From IMG/VR virus record IMGVR_UViG_3300020202_000064, positions 30,000 through 93,999 of that record: a DNA stretch of 64,000 nt, one strand, 5' to 3'. The notes below the pieces were generated by a model. That model saw only the letters and a list, made by a program, of their open reading frames with translations, did not search any database and was not told the DNA's origin. This document shows, piece after piece, positions 17,083 to 24,911 of the stretch. The first letter of the stretch is position 1; every line of letters begins with the position of its first letter. A program made the position numbers and the translations under genes. This stretch comes from a virus.

Positions 17083-17158
17083 TGGAGGCAGCGCCGTGAA
17101 TTTAACAACGGTTCTTCCAACTTTGCGGTCGGACGGATTAGCGTCTTCCTCCGCTGCC
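17083..17158 (-). tRNA. tRNA-Cys(GCA), atypical
   Basis: GGCAGCG/CGCTGCC-TCCA (U73); TCCGA-CCGCAAAG-TTGGA irregular loop; degenerate T arm. Confidence 0.65.
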
Positions 17159-17308
17159 ATATTTATAACCTAGCAGCCCCACTGCAACCCGTATAGCATA
17201 ACAATTTAGGTTAGAACTGTTCGTATGCCGATTACTTCATGATTAGGAGCAACCCTATTATTTTTCATACTACACCCGATGGTGCCACCGATTTTTGTCA
17301 TTATAAAT

Positions 17309-17384
17309 TGGTGTGCCGTGCGAGACTCGAACTCGCGATATCCAACTTGGCAAGCTGGCGCAATAGCCACTATGCGAACGACAC
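17309..17384 (-). tRNA. tRNA-Gly(GCC)
   Basis: CCAGC-TTGCCAA-GTTGG. Confidence 0.88.
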
Positions 17385-17433
17385 AGAAGAACGCCTCTTA
17401 ATCGGAGACGAGAATCGAAATTCTTTATTTTTA

Positions 17434-17508
17434 TGGTAGCACACGGCGGCGTTTGAATCCGCTGCTCCAACTTATGAGGATGGCGAGTTACCTATACTCT
17501 ACGGTGCA
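17434..17508 (-). tRNA. tRNA-Met(CAT), initiator-like
   Basis: Loop CTCATAA; mismatched 1:72; GAGT/ACTC D stem. Confidence 0.75.
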
Positions 17509-17549
17509 ATAAGGGGAATCGATATTGTTAGGTATCTATTCCCATCGTT

Positions 17550-17915
17550 TCAACCCTGCATCTTTTTCAACTTATCTTCTAACTGCTTTAATTGATATTC
17601 CAACTGATTCACTTTACCAGCATATTGCATGTTCTGGAATTGAACCAGAGCAATTTGTTTTTCAAGCTGTAATTTCTCGTTCAATAATTCATTATATTTA
17701 TCAGATACATCAGGATTTGCTTTTAACTTTGAAATCTCCAACTCCAATGAAGTAATTTTTTCTTTAAGAACATCTGATGCAGAAAGTTTTAAGAAAAAAC
17801 TATTAATAAATTCCAACTTGGTCTTTAAAATCGAAATTTCAGTATCAAGAGATTCAATTGTCGCTTTGAGTTGAAGGTTATTCGCTAATAAGGCGGTGCG
17901 TGTGACATAGGTCAT
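17550..17915 (-). CDS. coiled-coil hypothetical protein
   Basis: Heptad-rich 121 aa; GTGTAA motif upstream. Confidence 0.65.
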   Translation of the reverse strand: MTYVTRTALLANNLQLKATIESLDTEISILKTKLEFINSFFLKLSASDVLKEKITSLELEISKLKANPDVSDKYNELLNEKLQLEKQIALVQFQNMQYAGKVNQLEYQLKQLEDKLKKMQG

Positions 17916-17938
17916 ATATATAGTTACACCAAAAATAA

Positions 17939-18016
17939 TGGTGGCTACATAGGGATTCGAACCCTAAAAATTCACGTTCTAAGCGCGACACGTCTAGCCA
18001 GTTGCGTCATGTAGCC
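17939..18016 (-). tRNA. tRNA-Leu(TAG), short variable arm
   Basis: TCGCG-CTTAGAA-CGTGA. Confidence 0.88.
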
Positions 18017-18195
18017 TAATAGCACGCACAAGTTTTACGTTGTGCGGCTTTGTTGTCTTACTTATCGCGAGGACGGTATTCGTTGTCATAAATGACAATA
18101 AGACCGAGCATCACGAGGACAGAGAAGAAGGCAATCATCTTGCTTTCCTTTCTTGTTTTAGGTGCCGTCGTCCCGTAGGATAGGCGGCAGATAAA

Positions 18196-18272
18196 TGGCT
18201 GTCTTGTTTGAATTTGAATCAAAATATTTCGGGTCAGAGCCGAATGTAATAACCAAGTTATACGACAAGACA
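18196..18272 (-). tRNA. tRNA-Gln(CTG)
   Basis: TTCGG-CTCTGAC-CCGAA; U1:A72, G73. Confidence 0.88.
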
Positions 18273-18277
18273 ATAAC

Positions 18278-18402
18278 GATGCCCAAATCCATCAACGCTG
18301 GATAAACGCGAATTACTTTCATTCCACCTTTCGGCGCGGGCGTAATCGACCATTTTTACTTCACGTAGTAGTTGTTTTTATTTGATTTGCTGTGTGGGCG
18401 TC
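18278..18402 (-). ncRNA. Y-RNA-like (CAGC-motif) RNA, variant stem
   Basis: GACGCCC-ACA-CAGCAA...GGGCATC. Confidence 0.6.
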
Positions 18403-18440
18403 TACGAATCTACGATTCTATTATAAATCGAAGATTTAAT

Positions 18441-18531
18441 TGGCAGTCCTCCCCGGACTCGAACCGGGACATCTATTTCTAGATATGACAGCTTCAAAGG
18501 CTGTTGTGCTAACCAATTACACTAGAGGACA
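18441..18531 (-). tRNA. tRNA-Gln(TTG) with long variable arm
   Basis: ACAGC-CTTTGAA-GCTGT followed by an ATCTA-GAAA-TAGAT V-arm. Confidence 0.85.
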
Positions 18532-18579
18532 ATAAAATCGGTCATGATTTGCGTGTAATTAACATGAGTAAGTTAATTT

Positions 18580-19032
18580 ATGAGTAAATCATCAGAGGCC
18601 GTTAAAAAATGGAGAAAAGCAACTAAACAACGAATAATTGATGCTATGGGCAAACAGTGTCAATGTTGTGGGTATAATAGATGTAACGAGTGTTTAGATT
18701 TACATCATTTGGACCCAAACGAAAAGGAACTAAGTTTTGGAGCGATAAGGGCGAACCCAATCGCTTGGTCGAAAATTGTAGAAGAGTTAAGAAAATGTAT
18801 ATTAGTGTGTAGAAATTGCCATGGAGAAATACATAATAACAATCTTCCAATTCCAAACAACTATTGTAAATTTGACGAATCCTATTCAGAATACAAAATT
18901 GTATCCGAAGAACTTGCGTCTAAGTGTCCAAAATGCGGGGACCAAAAATTAACAATACATAAATTCTGTTCCCAGAATTGTGCAAAACGTGGACGTAAAT
19001 TGGCTATACAGGTTGGAGCCGCCCCAACATAA
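18580..19032 (+). CDS. HNH homing endonuclease
   Basis: CQCCGYNRCNECLDLHHLDP...KCILVCRNCHGEIH; C-terminus overlaps the antisense of tRNA-Asn. Confidence 0.88.
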   Translation: MSKSSEAVKKWRKATKQRIIDAMGKQCQCCGYNRCNECLDLHHLDPNEKELSFGAIRANPIAWSKIVEELRKCILVCRNCHGEIHNNNLPIPNNYCKFDESYSEYKIVSEELASKCPKCGDQKLTIHKFCSQNCAKRGRKLAIQVGAAPT

Positions 19033-19094
19033 GATTTTATTCTTCACTCGCTTAACAGGCGAAGCCAGCTAACTTAGCTATCTGGGTCTGCATA
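19001..19094 (-). tRNA. tRNA-Asn(GTT), atypical (long V-arm, odd T-loop)
   Basis: TTCGC-CTGTTAA-GCGAG; AAGA-ATAAAA-TCTT V-arm; GTTGG-GGCGGCT-CCAAC. Confidence 0.7.
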
Positions 19095-19099
19095 ATAGA

Positions 19100-19173
19100 T
19101 GGCTCCGGAAATTCGGGTCGAACGAATGATTTTTGGGTAACAGCCAAACGTGATGCCACTTCACTATACCGGA
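19100..19173 (-). tRNA. tRNA-Asn(GTT)
   Basis: TTTGG-CTGTTAC-CCAAA; TCCGG/CCGGA-GCCA. Confidence 0.85.
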
Positions 19174-19179
19174 ATAAAA

Positions 19180-19258
19180 CTAAGTTCCTTGTGCCTTTTA
19201 TTAACCGGTGGCAAAGCCCGTCTCCTGATTATGTCATAGATATTGCTGTATGAACTTA
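19180..19258 (-). ncRNA. Y-RNA-like (CAGC-motif) RNA
   Basis: TAAGTTC-ATA-CAGCAA...GAACTTAG. Confidence 0.78.
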
Positions 19259-19262
19259 AAAG

Positions 19263-19400
19263 TGGAACGTATGGGATTCGAACCCATATCGACGAACTTT
19301 ACGCCCGTCTCGTAAGATTATCTTATATATTCTTTTACCGGTGCGAATATATCACTTCATCAAACTACTTGTGGAGCTTTGACCATTAAGCTAACGTCCC
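19263..19400 (-). ncRNA. tRNA-like RNA with Ala identity elements and the anticodon arm replaced by an ~85 nt domain
   Basis: GGGACGT/ACGTTCC-A (G3:U70, A73); canonical D arm GCTT-AATGGTCA-AAGC; T arm ATGGG-TTCGAAT-CCCAT; no anticodon stem-loop. Confidence 0.65.
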
Positions 19401-19436
19401 ATAAATCGTAGATTTACATAAACCTACGGTTTAATA

Positions 19437-19583
19437 CTAAGCGCAACGCATTTACAGCGCGCGACTGAATGGCTTTTGTATTAGGCACCATCATTTCCTC
19501 GTGCAACCCGCCTCACTTCATCTTTCGATGGTGATTGGATGTTTGCACATCATCGATAAGTTTATTATCGCTGTATGCGCTTA
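19437..19583 (-). ncRNA. Y-RNA-like (CAGC-motif) RNA
   Basis: TAAGCGC-ATA-CAGCGA...GCGCTTAG. Confidence 0.78.
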
Positions 19584-19587
19584 AAAC

Positions 19588-19729
19588 CTAAGTATAACGA
19601 AAAGTTTAGGCTCTTTTCGCGTTCCTAAAAAGCATGGAGAAGCTTTTCAATCTAACAGTTATGGAATGTCAGCCGGTGCCGCCCCGAAGGGTAGCGTCTT
19701 GTTAAGATAAGGATTGCTGTATATACTTA
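19588..19729 (-). ncRNA. Y-RNA-like (CAGC-motif) RNA
   Basis: TAAGTAT-ATA-CAGCAA...ATACTTAG. Confidence 0.78.
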
Positions 19730-19821
19730 TGGCGGTGAGGGCGAGAATCGAACTCGCGGGGCAACTTTCGTCACCCTTTTGCTTTCCAAGCAAATGCATT
19801 AGGCCGCTCTGCCACCTCACC
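19730..19821 (-). tRNA. tRNA-Ser(GGA)
   Basis: TTTGC-TTGGAAA-GCAAA, long V-arm. Confidence 0.93.
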
Positions 19822-19825
19822 AAGA

Positions 19826-20026
19826 TTACGCAATTTCTGCGAATCGCTTTTTAAAATAATTACTGGTCTCGTCCGGGGTGTGCCGCAAGAACAGTTGCTC
19901 GTCAATCTCATCAAACGCTCTGAAATCACCATTAGATGCGGCAATCAACGCGTCGCTAAGTTCTGGCGAACATTCGAACCTAAAGCCGAATGAATCCCAG
20001 ATTTCTTTAAATCTTTCGTATGTCAT
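19826..20026 (-). CDS. hypothetical protein
   Basis: 66 aa ORF filling a tRNA spacer. Confidence 0.55.
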   Translation of the reverse strand: MTYERFKEIWDSFGFRFECSPELSDALIAASNGDFRAFDEIDEQLFLRHTPDETSNYFKKRFAEIA

Positions 20027-20029
20027 AAT

Positions 20030-20117
20030 TGGTGGTCCCGGTGGGATTCGAACCCACAGTGAGCTTACGCTTTCGGCTTAAGAGGCCGGACTAATCAACC
20101 GTTCTAGGCACGGAACC
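20030..20117 (-). tRNA. tRNA-Lys(CTT) with extended variable arm
   Basis: CGGC-CTCTTAA-GCCG then an AGC-GTAA-GCT V-arm. Confidence 0.8.
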
Positions 20118-20121
20118 AAAT

Positions 20122-20471
20122 TGGTGGAGATGGAGGGCTTCGATTCCCTCGTGTCCGATACTTCGTATTTCCATTCTTGTTACATGCTTAGAATCACTTG
20201 ATAATATCGTTTTCGGTTTGATTCTACCAAACGACATTTGACGGTTATATAATCAGCTTCTATCAACCAGTCAATTTTAAAGCTGATTCCCGATGATGAC
20301 GAGTGGCCCAATTTATCGGCGGTCAATTGGAACTCGGTTAGCCGCAATTAAGCAGCGTAAGCATAAACTTCTGTTTTCTTAGCGTTTATTTTGTGATACG
20401 TTTTACGACGTGGCATCATTGTCGGCATGGAATGTAAACCTACGTATTGGATAGAATCCAAATACATCCCC
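20122..20471 (-). ncRNA. ssrA: tmRNA
   Basis: GGGGATG...CATCTCC-ACCA (G3:U70); resume context ATAAAC-GCT; tag AKKTEVYAYAA*. Confidence 0.92.
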
Positions 20472-20482
20472 AAAAGAAATAT

Positions 20483-20560
20483 TGGTGCGCCCCGAGGGAG
20501 TTGAACCCTCACGATGGTCCGCTTAAAAGGCGGCTGCTCGTCCACTGTAGCTTGAGGCGC
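20483..20560 (-). tRNA. tRNA-Lys(TTT)
   Basis: CCGC-CTTTTAA-GCGG. Confidence 0.85.
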
Positions 20561-20569
20561 ATATTAAAA

Positions 20570-20644
20570 TGGAGTCCCTAGCGGCTTACGAGACCGCGTA
20601 TGAATCTTTTGCAGAGATTTGCATTTCCTCTTTGCTATAGGGAC
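20570..20644 (-). tRNA. tRNA-Cys(GCA)
   Basis: AATCT-CTGCAAA-AGATT; U73. Confidence 0.8.
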
Positions 20645-20652
20645 ATAAAAAT

Positions 20653-20755
20653 TGGCGGAAGAGGCAAGATTCGAACTCGCACGCGCTATGGTTTACATAT
20701 CGCCCTCGCATTTCAAGTGCGCTGCCGCTAGGCCATATCCTCGGCTTACTCTTCC
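20653..20755 (-). tRNA. tRNA-Ser(TGA)
   Basis: CGCA-CTTGAAA-TGCG; enlarged D loop and V-arm. Confidence 0.85.
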
Positions 20756-20757
20756 AT

Positions 20758-20815
20758 CTAAGCGGGCGCAATTTTCCCTTTCGGGATGGCGATTTATATT
20801 TTGCTGTATCCGCTT
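20758..20815 (-). ncRNA. Y-RNA-like (CAGC-motif) RNA, short
   Basis: AAGCGG-ATA-CAGCAA...CCC-GAAA-GGG...CCGCTTAG. Confidence 0.75.
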
Positions 20816-20873
20816 GTTGCTTTAATTGCGCGAAATCTTAAAACCTTCGGTTTTATTATAAATCGAAGATTTA

Positions 20874-20950
20874 TGGTGGCCGAGGGTGGGTTTGAACCAC
20901 CAACCGTTCGTCTATCAAACGAATGCACTAGCCAATTGTGCTACACGGCC
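20874..20950 (-). tRNA. tRNA-Ile(GAT)
   Basis: TTCGT-TTGATAG-ACGAA. Confidence 0.88.
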
Positions 20951-20955
20951 ATTAT

Positions 20956-21048
20956 CTAAGCTCTATTATTGTGCGGGCATCGAATCCCGCTCAATTCGTG
21001 TTTTTGAAACGAATTTTTATCCATTTAAGGTTTTGCTGTGAGAGCTTA
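20956..21048 (-). ncRNA. Y-RNA-like (CAGC-motif) RNA with a T-arm-like hairpin
   Basis: TAAGCTC-TCA-CAGCAA...GCGGG-ATTCGATG-CCCGC...GAGCTTAG. Confidence 0.78.
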
Positions 21049-21088
21049 TTGTGGAGCTTACTCCACCGTTCCAGCAAAGCTGGAAATA

Positions 21089-21145
21089 CTAAGCGCATTT
21101 TGTTTTTCATTAATCATTGAATTTTTAATTCGCTGTTAGCGCTTA
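21089..21145 (-). ncRNA. Y-RNA-like (CAGC-motif) RNA, minimal
   Basis: TAAGCGC-TAA-CAGCGA...A-rich...GCGCTTAG. Confidence 0.75.
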
Positions 21146-21328
21146 TAAGGAAACGAAAACTTGTTATGTTTTTGGCTTCTGATTCGAAGCATATTTGACG
21201 AAACGTTTATAATTTTTTAAATCGCGGCTAGCGTCTGTGCGCCGGGAATATGGACCGTAATCTAAATCCCCCCATTGATTTTTAAACCAAAACTTTCCAT
21301 CTCGCTTGAAAATTTTCATACTCTAAAA

Positions 21329-21403
21329 TGGCGGGACCAACGAGTGCTACCCTCGCTTCTGTATCGTGACAGGATACCGCTTTTGTTGATAAGCTATGGC
21401 CCC
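21329..21403 (-). tRNA. tRNA-Asp(GTC)
   Basis: GTATC-CTGTCAC-GATAC; atypical D and T loops. Confidence 0.8.
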
Positions 21404-21510
21404 AAAATTACAAAGGTCACTCCATCCCTTTGAATGGCAGTTTATAAACGTGGAAACGTTTAAAGGTTTTATTTTTCGCCGGTTCTGCTTTACCCTGAAC
21501 CTAGAGAAGT

Positions 21511-21589
21511 TGGTAGCGCGTGTGGGGCTCGAACCCACGCATGACCGATTTGAAAGACCGGTGACTTGAACCTGCTTGTCAAACGCGCC
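21511..21589 (-). tRNA. tRNA-Glu(TTC)
   Basis: CCGGT-CTTTCAA-ATCGG. Confidence 0.9.
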
Positions 21590-21725
21590 GTAAAGATATT
21601 CTTTTGTATCCATCTATTCGGATTAACAACAACCCCAATGTTCGATACAAATAAACTACAATAACAGTTGTTTTTGATATATTATTATAGAAGAACTGAG
21701 GTGGAAATAAGTGTAATTACACTAT

Positions 21726-22301
21726 ATGTCCACTAAAATATTATCTGAATTTTCTCGATGTGACTCCTTTGGAACGCAGCGTAAATACGTTTCTTACCAT
21801 TGTACTCGATGCGGTGTCGAACATTCCAAACCAAAACGTAACTTTTGGTTAGATAGACCCAACTTCTGTTCCGTTAACTGTGCAAGAGAACATCAAAAAA
21901 TTTTGCATTCATTTGAAGCTGAGTGCGCATGGTGCGCAAATAAATTCCACAAAAAGATATCAACAAAGGGAAATAGTCGTTCCGGTTTATATTTTTGTTC
22001 CAGACTATGCAAAGACAAGGCTCAAAGCTTGGAAGGTGGTATAAAGGAAATACAGCCAAATCATTACGGAGAAATTAAAAAGAATTATCGCGAAACTGCA
22101 TTTAAAAATCTGCCAGCACGCTGTAATCGATGCGACTTTGCTGCTTACCCAGAGATACTAGAGGTTCATCACAAAGACCATAATCACCATAATAATACCG
22201 TAGATAATTTGGAAATTTTATGTCCAAACTGCCACGAAATTCATCACTTCGAAACGAAATCGGGTAAATATGCCAAAAGTGGTGGACTGGAAGGGGATTG
22301 A
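21726..22301 (+). CDS. HNH homing endonuclease with Zn-ribbon repeats
   Basis: FCSVNC, FCSRLC repeats; CNRC...LEVHHKD...NLEILCPNCHEIHH; ends inside the antisense of tRNA-Ala. Confidence 0.88.
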   Translation: MSTKILSEFSRCDSFGTQRKYVSYHCTRCGVEHSKPKRNFWLDRPNFCSVNCAREHQKILHSFEAECAWCANKFHKKISTKGNSRSGLYFCSRLCKDKAQSLEGGIKEIQPNHYGEIKKNYRETAFKNLPARCNRCDFAAYPEILEVHHKDHNHHNNTVDNLEILCPNCHEIHHFETKSGKYAKSGGLEGD

Positions 22302-22355
22302 ACCCTCCACACGAACATTGCAAATGTCTGTCGCCTCCGAGGAACATGCCAGCCC
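22280..22355 (-). tRNA. tRNA-Ala(TGC)
   Basis: Loop TTTGCAA; G3:U70. Confidence 0.85.
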
Positions 22356-22358
22356 AAC

Positions 22359-22435
22359 TGGTGTTTCCACTCGGAATTGAACCAAGATGATACAGTTTAG
22401 GAAACTGTTGCCTTATCCAGTTAGGCGATGGAAAC
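22359..22435 (-). tRNA. tRNA-Arg(CCT)
   Basis: ACAGT-TTCCTAA-ACTGT. Confidence 0.9.
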
Positions 22436-22436
22436 G

Positions 22437-22670
22437 TTAACTCAAAATTACACCCAAATCATTAACTTCGTTTTCAAACTCGTCGAACGTCGGTTCAATA
22501 TCTTCCATTGAGGCATCGATTCTTTTCTGCTTCATGCGACGATACTGAGTGTGACAGACTGCCAATCTTTGTTTATCATTACCATATTCCTTTTGCATCA
22601 AATCCGAATCCATACAACGATTGATGAATTCAGTCTGTTTTTCATTGGACTTTGGTGTAGGCAGTGGCAT
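22437..22670 (-). CDS. small phage hypothetical protein
   Basis: MPLPTPKSNEKQTEFINRCM...QRLAVC; GTGTAA motif upstream. Confidence 0.7.
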   Translation of the reverse strand: MPLPTPKSNEKQTEFINRCMDSDLMQKEYGNDKQRLAVCHTQYRRMKQKRIDASMEDIEPTFDEFENEVNDLGVILS

Positions 22671-22700
22671 ACACTATATTACACTAAATGTCACCTAAAA

Positions 22701-22787
22701 TGGTGGTCCCGGTGGGATTTGAACCCACAGTGCCCGAAGGCGGCAGATTTACAGTCTGCTACGTCTACCAATTGACGCGTCGTGACC
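22701..22787 (-). tRNA. tRNA-Tyr(GTA)
   Basis: GCAGA-CTGTAAA-TCTGC, V-arm GCCTTCGGGC. Confidence 0.88.
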
Positions 22788-22945
22788 ATCATACGAACTA
22801 CGGTACATATGATTTATCATCACCCCAATGCCTTGGGCCGATTTTTTGCGAGGTTGTACATTCCTCCGTTCGTATTCTGTATTAGGGATGCCTCCCTTTT
22901 AACATATGAGAGATAGGTGAGTTAATTACACTCACTTATCTTTGA

Positions 22946-23039
22946 CTAAGTATATTTTTATCACCCCATAAATTTGAAATGGCGGGGTGTGAAGGAATTG
23001 AACCTTCTGTTTCCAGAAAAGTCATGCTGTTAATACTTA
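22946..23039 (-). ncRNA. Y-RNA-like (CAGC-motif) RNA with permuted T arm/acceptor and internal GCCA
   Basis: TAAGTAT-TAA-CAGCAT...GAAGG-TTCAATT-CCTTC-ACACCCC-GCCA-TTTCAAATTTAT-GGGGTG...ATACTTAG. Confidence 0.82.
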
Positions 23040-23040
23040 A

Positions 23041-23117
23041 TGGTGCGGTCAGAGGGACTCGAACCCCCACTAAAAGATTCGTAATCTTTCGTGCTAATTC
23101 CATTACACTATGTCCGC
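23041..23117 (-). tRNA. tRNA-Arg(ACG)
   Basis: AAAGA-TTACGAA-TCTTT. Confidence 0.92.
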
Positions 23118-23167
23118 ATATCGACGGGCCTACCCGCCGTGGTTTAACCAATTTTTAGGAAAAATAA

Positions 23168-23290
23168 CTAAGTTCGTTTTTTTCGTTGTTCTGCTTTAAA
23201 CTAACTTGCTGAAATTGAAATTGGTGGCAAGTGAAGTGCGCTACGCTCCATCTCCGTCTTATGTGATGATTTAACCGCTGTTAGAACTTA
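23168..23290 (-). ncRNA. Y-RNA-like (CAGC-motif) RNA with permuted tRNA module and internal ACCA
   Basis: TAAGTTC-TAA-CAGCGG...ACTTGCC-ACCA-ATTTCAATTTC-AGCAAGT-TA-GTTT-AAAGCA-GAAC...GAACTTAG. Confidence 0.8.
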
Positions 23291-23291
23291 A

Positions 23292-23365
23292 TGGTCCACC
23301 TAGAAAGATTCGAACTTTCACCTTACCGCCCCAAACGGTAAACGCTGCCTTTACGCTATAGATGG
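23292..23365 (-). tRNA. tRNA-Pro(TGG)
   Basis: TACCG-TTTGGGG-CGGTA; C1:G72. Confidence 0.88.
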
Positions 23366-23620
23366 ATAATTACTCTGAATCCCAACCGATTAGTTGGGCA
23401 AGTCAAGTCTGCCTGCTCGCACGGACTTTCGTTAAAGTATCGCTGGCGCTCGATACCAAAGCGGAAATTTTTCCCTCTCCCCTCTCCCGAGGTTTGAGTT
23501 GGCGGTGACATACTAACTTCCAAAAGTCACCCTTCGTAATCTGTTAAAATGAACGTCCTTCCTTTCGGTCGGATGTACGAGCCGCATTTTTTAAGATACG
23601 CTCGATAAACTATGCCCAAC

Positions 23621-23648
23621 ACCTTACCATAGGTTTTGCATTCGTCAA
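23621..23648 (-). promoter_or_regulatory. sigma70-like promoter at the head of the tRNA/ncRNA operon
   Basis: TTGACG-N16-TAAGGT with an extended TG, ~260 nt upstream of the first tRNA. Confidence 0.55.
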
Positions 23649-23712
23649 GAGATTTTCTTGATTTCCTTTGCATTACTTACGTAAACCGTTGAACTTTAAA
23701 GAACTAAAATGG

Positions 23713-23744
23713 GAAAGCCGGGGGGTTTTATTCCACCGGCTTTC
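23713..23744 (-). terminator. probable intrinsic terminator hairpin
   Basis: GAAAGCCGG...CCGGCTTTC inverted repeat after ORF 23779..24024. Confidence 0.55.
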
Positions 23745-23778
23745 GAAGCTTTCTTTGCTTTGGGCTTTTTAGCCGGTG

Positions 23779-24024
23779 TTATTCATCAATCACTAATCCG
23801 AGTTTGGAGGCGACGAGATTAAATACGTATTCGTCATCTGTACCCCAATTTTCATATTCTACGCCTTCAATTGTAACTCGGTTTACGGTTAGGGTCGCAG
23901 CGCTCGAATCTAATAAGGCCCATTGAACACTAGCAGATTGTGAAAGAACAAGATGAACATCGTCAACGCGCAATTGCGTTGCGGTATTGGGGAATACTGT
24001 GACTGGCTCGATGTTCTTTATCAT
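23779..24024 (-). CDS. hypothetical phage protein
   Basis: 81 aa; GTGTAA motif upstream. Confidence 0.7.
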   Translation of the reverse strand: MIKNIEPVTVFPNTATQLRVDDVHLVLSQSASVQWALLDSSAATLTVNRVTIEGVEYENWGTDDEYVFNLVASKLGLVIDE

Positions 24025-24074
24025 ATTGTCTGTATAGGATATTACACGTAAAAAGGGAGAATTTGCAACAAAAC

Positions 24075-24911
24075 TTACAATTTTCTCAATTTAAACTCTT
24101 CAATCTTCTCATCAGGAACAAGGAGAATGTCCTGTCGCCATTCTGAATAGATGGTAAGCGGCTCAAGGCAATAGCCACAATACATACTGTAACCAATGTA
24201 ATCCTGCAATTGTTTGATTGCCATATGCGTGCGCGGGAACCACTCGGCATGAATCACGGGACGATGTTCCTTAATAATATCCCTGAAACTCCACAAGATG
24301 TGGAAGTCATGCCCCTCAGTATCGATTTTAATAAACGAGATATCGGCAAAGTTAACCTGTGGCCCAAGAAACTTTTCAAAACTGACAGCGCGAATCAAAC
24401 GGGGTACTGTGTAAGTTCCAACCCAAGAATTCGTAGAAGGATGCCCGCCATTATCATCGGTGGCCGAATATAGAAATTGGTGGATACCTTCATGTTCCAT
24501 AACGGCATAAGGACAACCAACAATATTCATACTTGGGTTAAGCCCCAAATTGATATTAAGTTGTGACGAAAAGCTCGGACTACATTCGAAAGCAAATACT
24601 TTACCACCATCCGTGAGGATAGAAATGGCCAAACTCGTGTCACCATCGTAGGCACCAATATCAACCGCCACTGAACCAGAACGAACGAATCGATGATTGA
24701 CGTTGATGAAATTATTTACGAACTCTGAGTATGGAGTTGGTAACGAGCCGCGTTTCTGTGGCGCTTTATGACAGAAGGCTATCTTATAATCTTTATCTTT
24801 ATAATTTACCTTAAATTTCTCAACATGAGTCAGGATATCATTACCTTTTAATTCCTCGATGTGAGGAAGACCATCAATATAATTCTTTTCGTTGACGTAA
24901 GGGGGAGACAT
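24075..24911 (-). CDS. FkbM-family methyltransferase
   Basis: VDIGAYDGD, VFAFE, FIKIDTEGHD. Confidence 0.88.
   Translation of the reverse strand: MSPPYVNEKNYIDGLPHIEELKGNDILTHVEKFKVNYKDKDYKIAFCHKAPQKRGSLPTPYSEFVNNFINVNHRFVRSGSVAVDIGAYDGDTSLAISILTDGGKVFAFECSPSFSSQLNINLGLNPSMNIVGCPYAVMEHEGIHQFLYSATDDNGGHPSTNSWVGTYTVPRLIRAVSFEKFLGPQVNFADISFIKIDTEGHDFHILWSFRDIIKEHRPVIHAEWFPRTHMAIKQLQDYIGYSMYCGYCLEPLTIYSEWRQDILLVPDEKIEEFKLRKL

Noticed and set aside
19263-19400. Group I intron-containing tRNA
   Set aside because: The insert is only ~85 nt, has no group I core, and no anticodon stem can be reconstituted.
8791-23151. Track ORFs overlapping tRNA/tmRNA genes (e.g. 8791, 10352, 10362, 11667, 15515, 17270, 20348, 20586, 21347, 22936)
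   Set aside because: They are translations of RNA genes. Only the tmRNA tag portion of 20348-20545 is meaningful.
10447-23290. CAGC-motif units as a CRISPR array or simple direct repeat
   Set aside because: Spacing is irregular, the units are interleaved with tRNAs, the ends co-vary as a stem rather than repeating identically, and there is no cas operon.
6992-23365. HDV-like (theta) or hammerhead ribozymes next to tRNAs
   Set aside because: I could not identify a complete catalytic core by eye. A motif search would be needed to exclude them.
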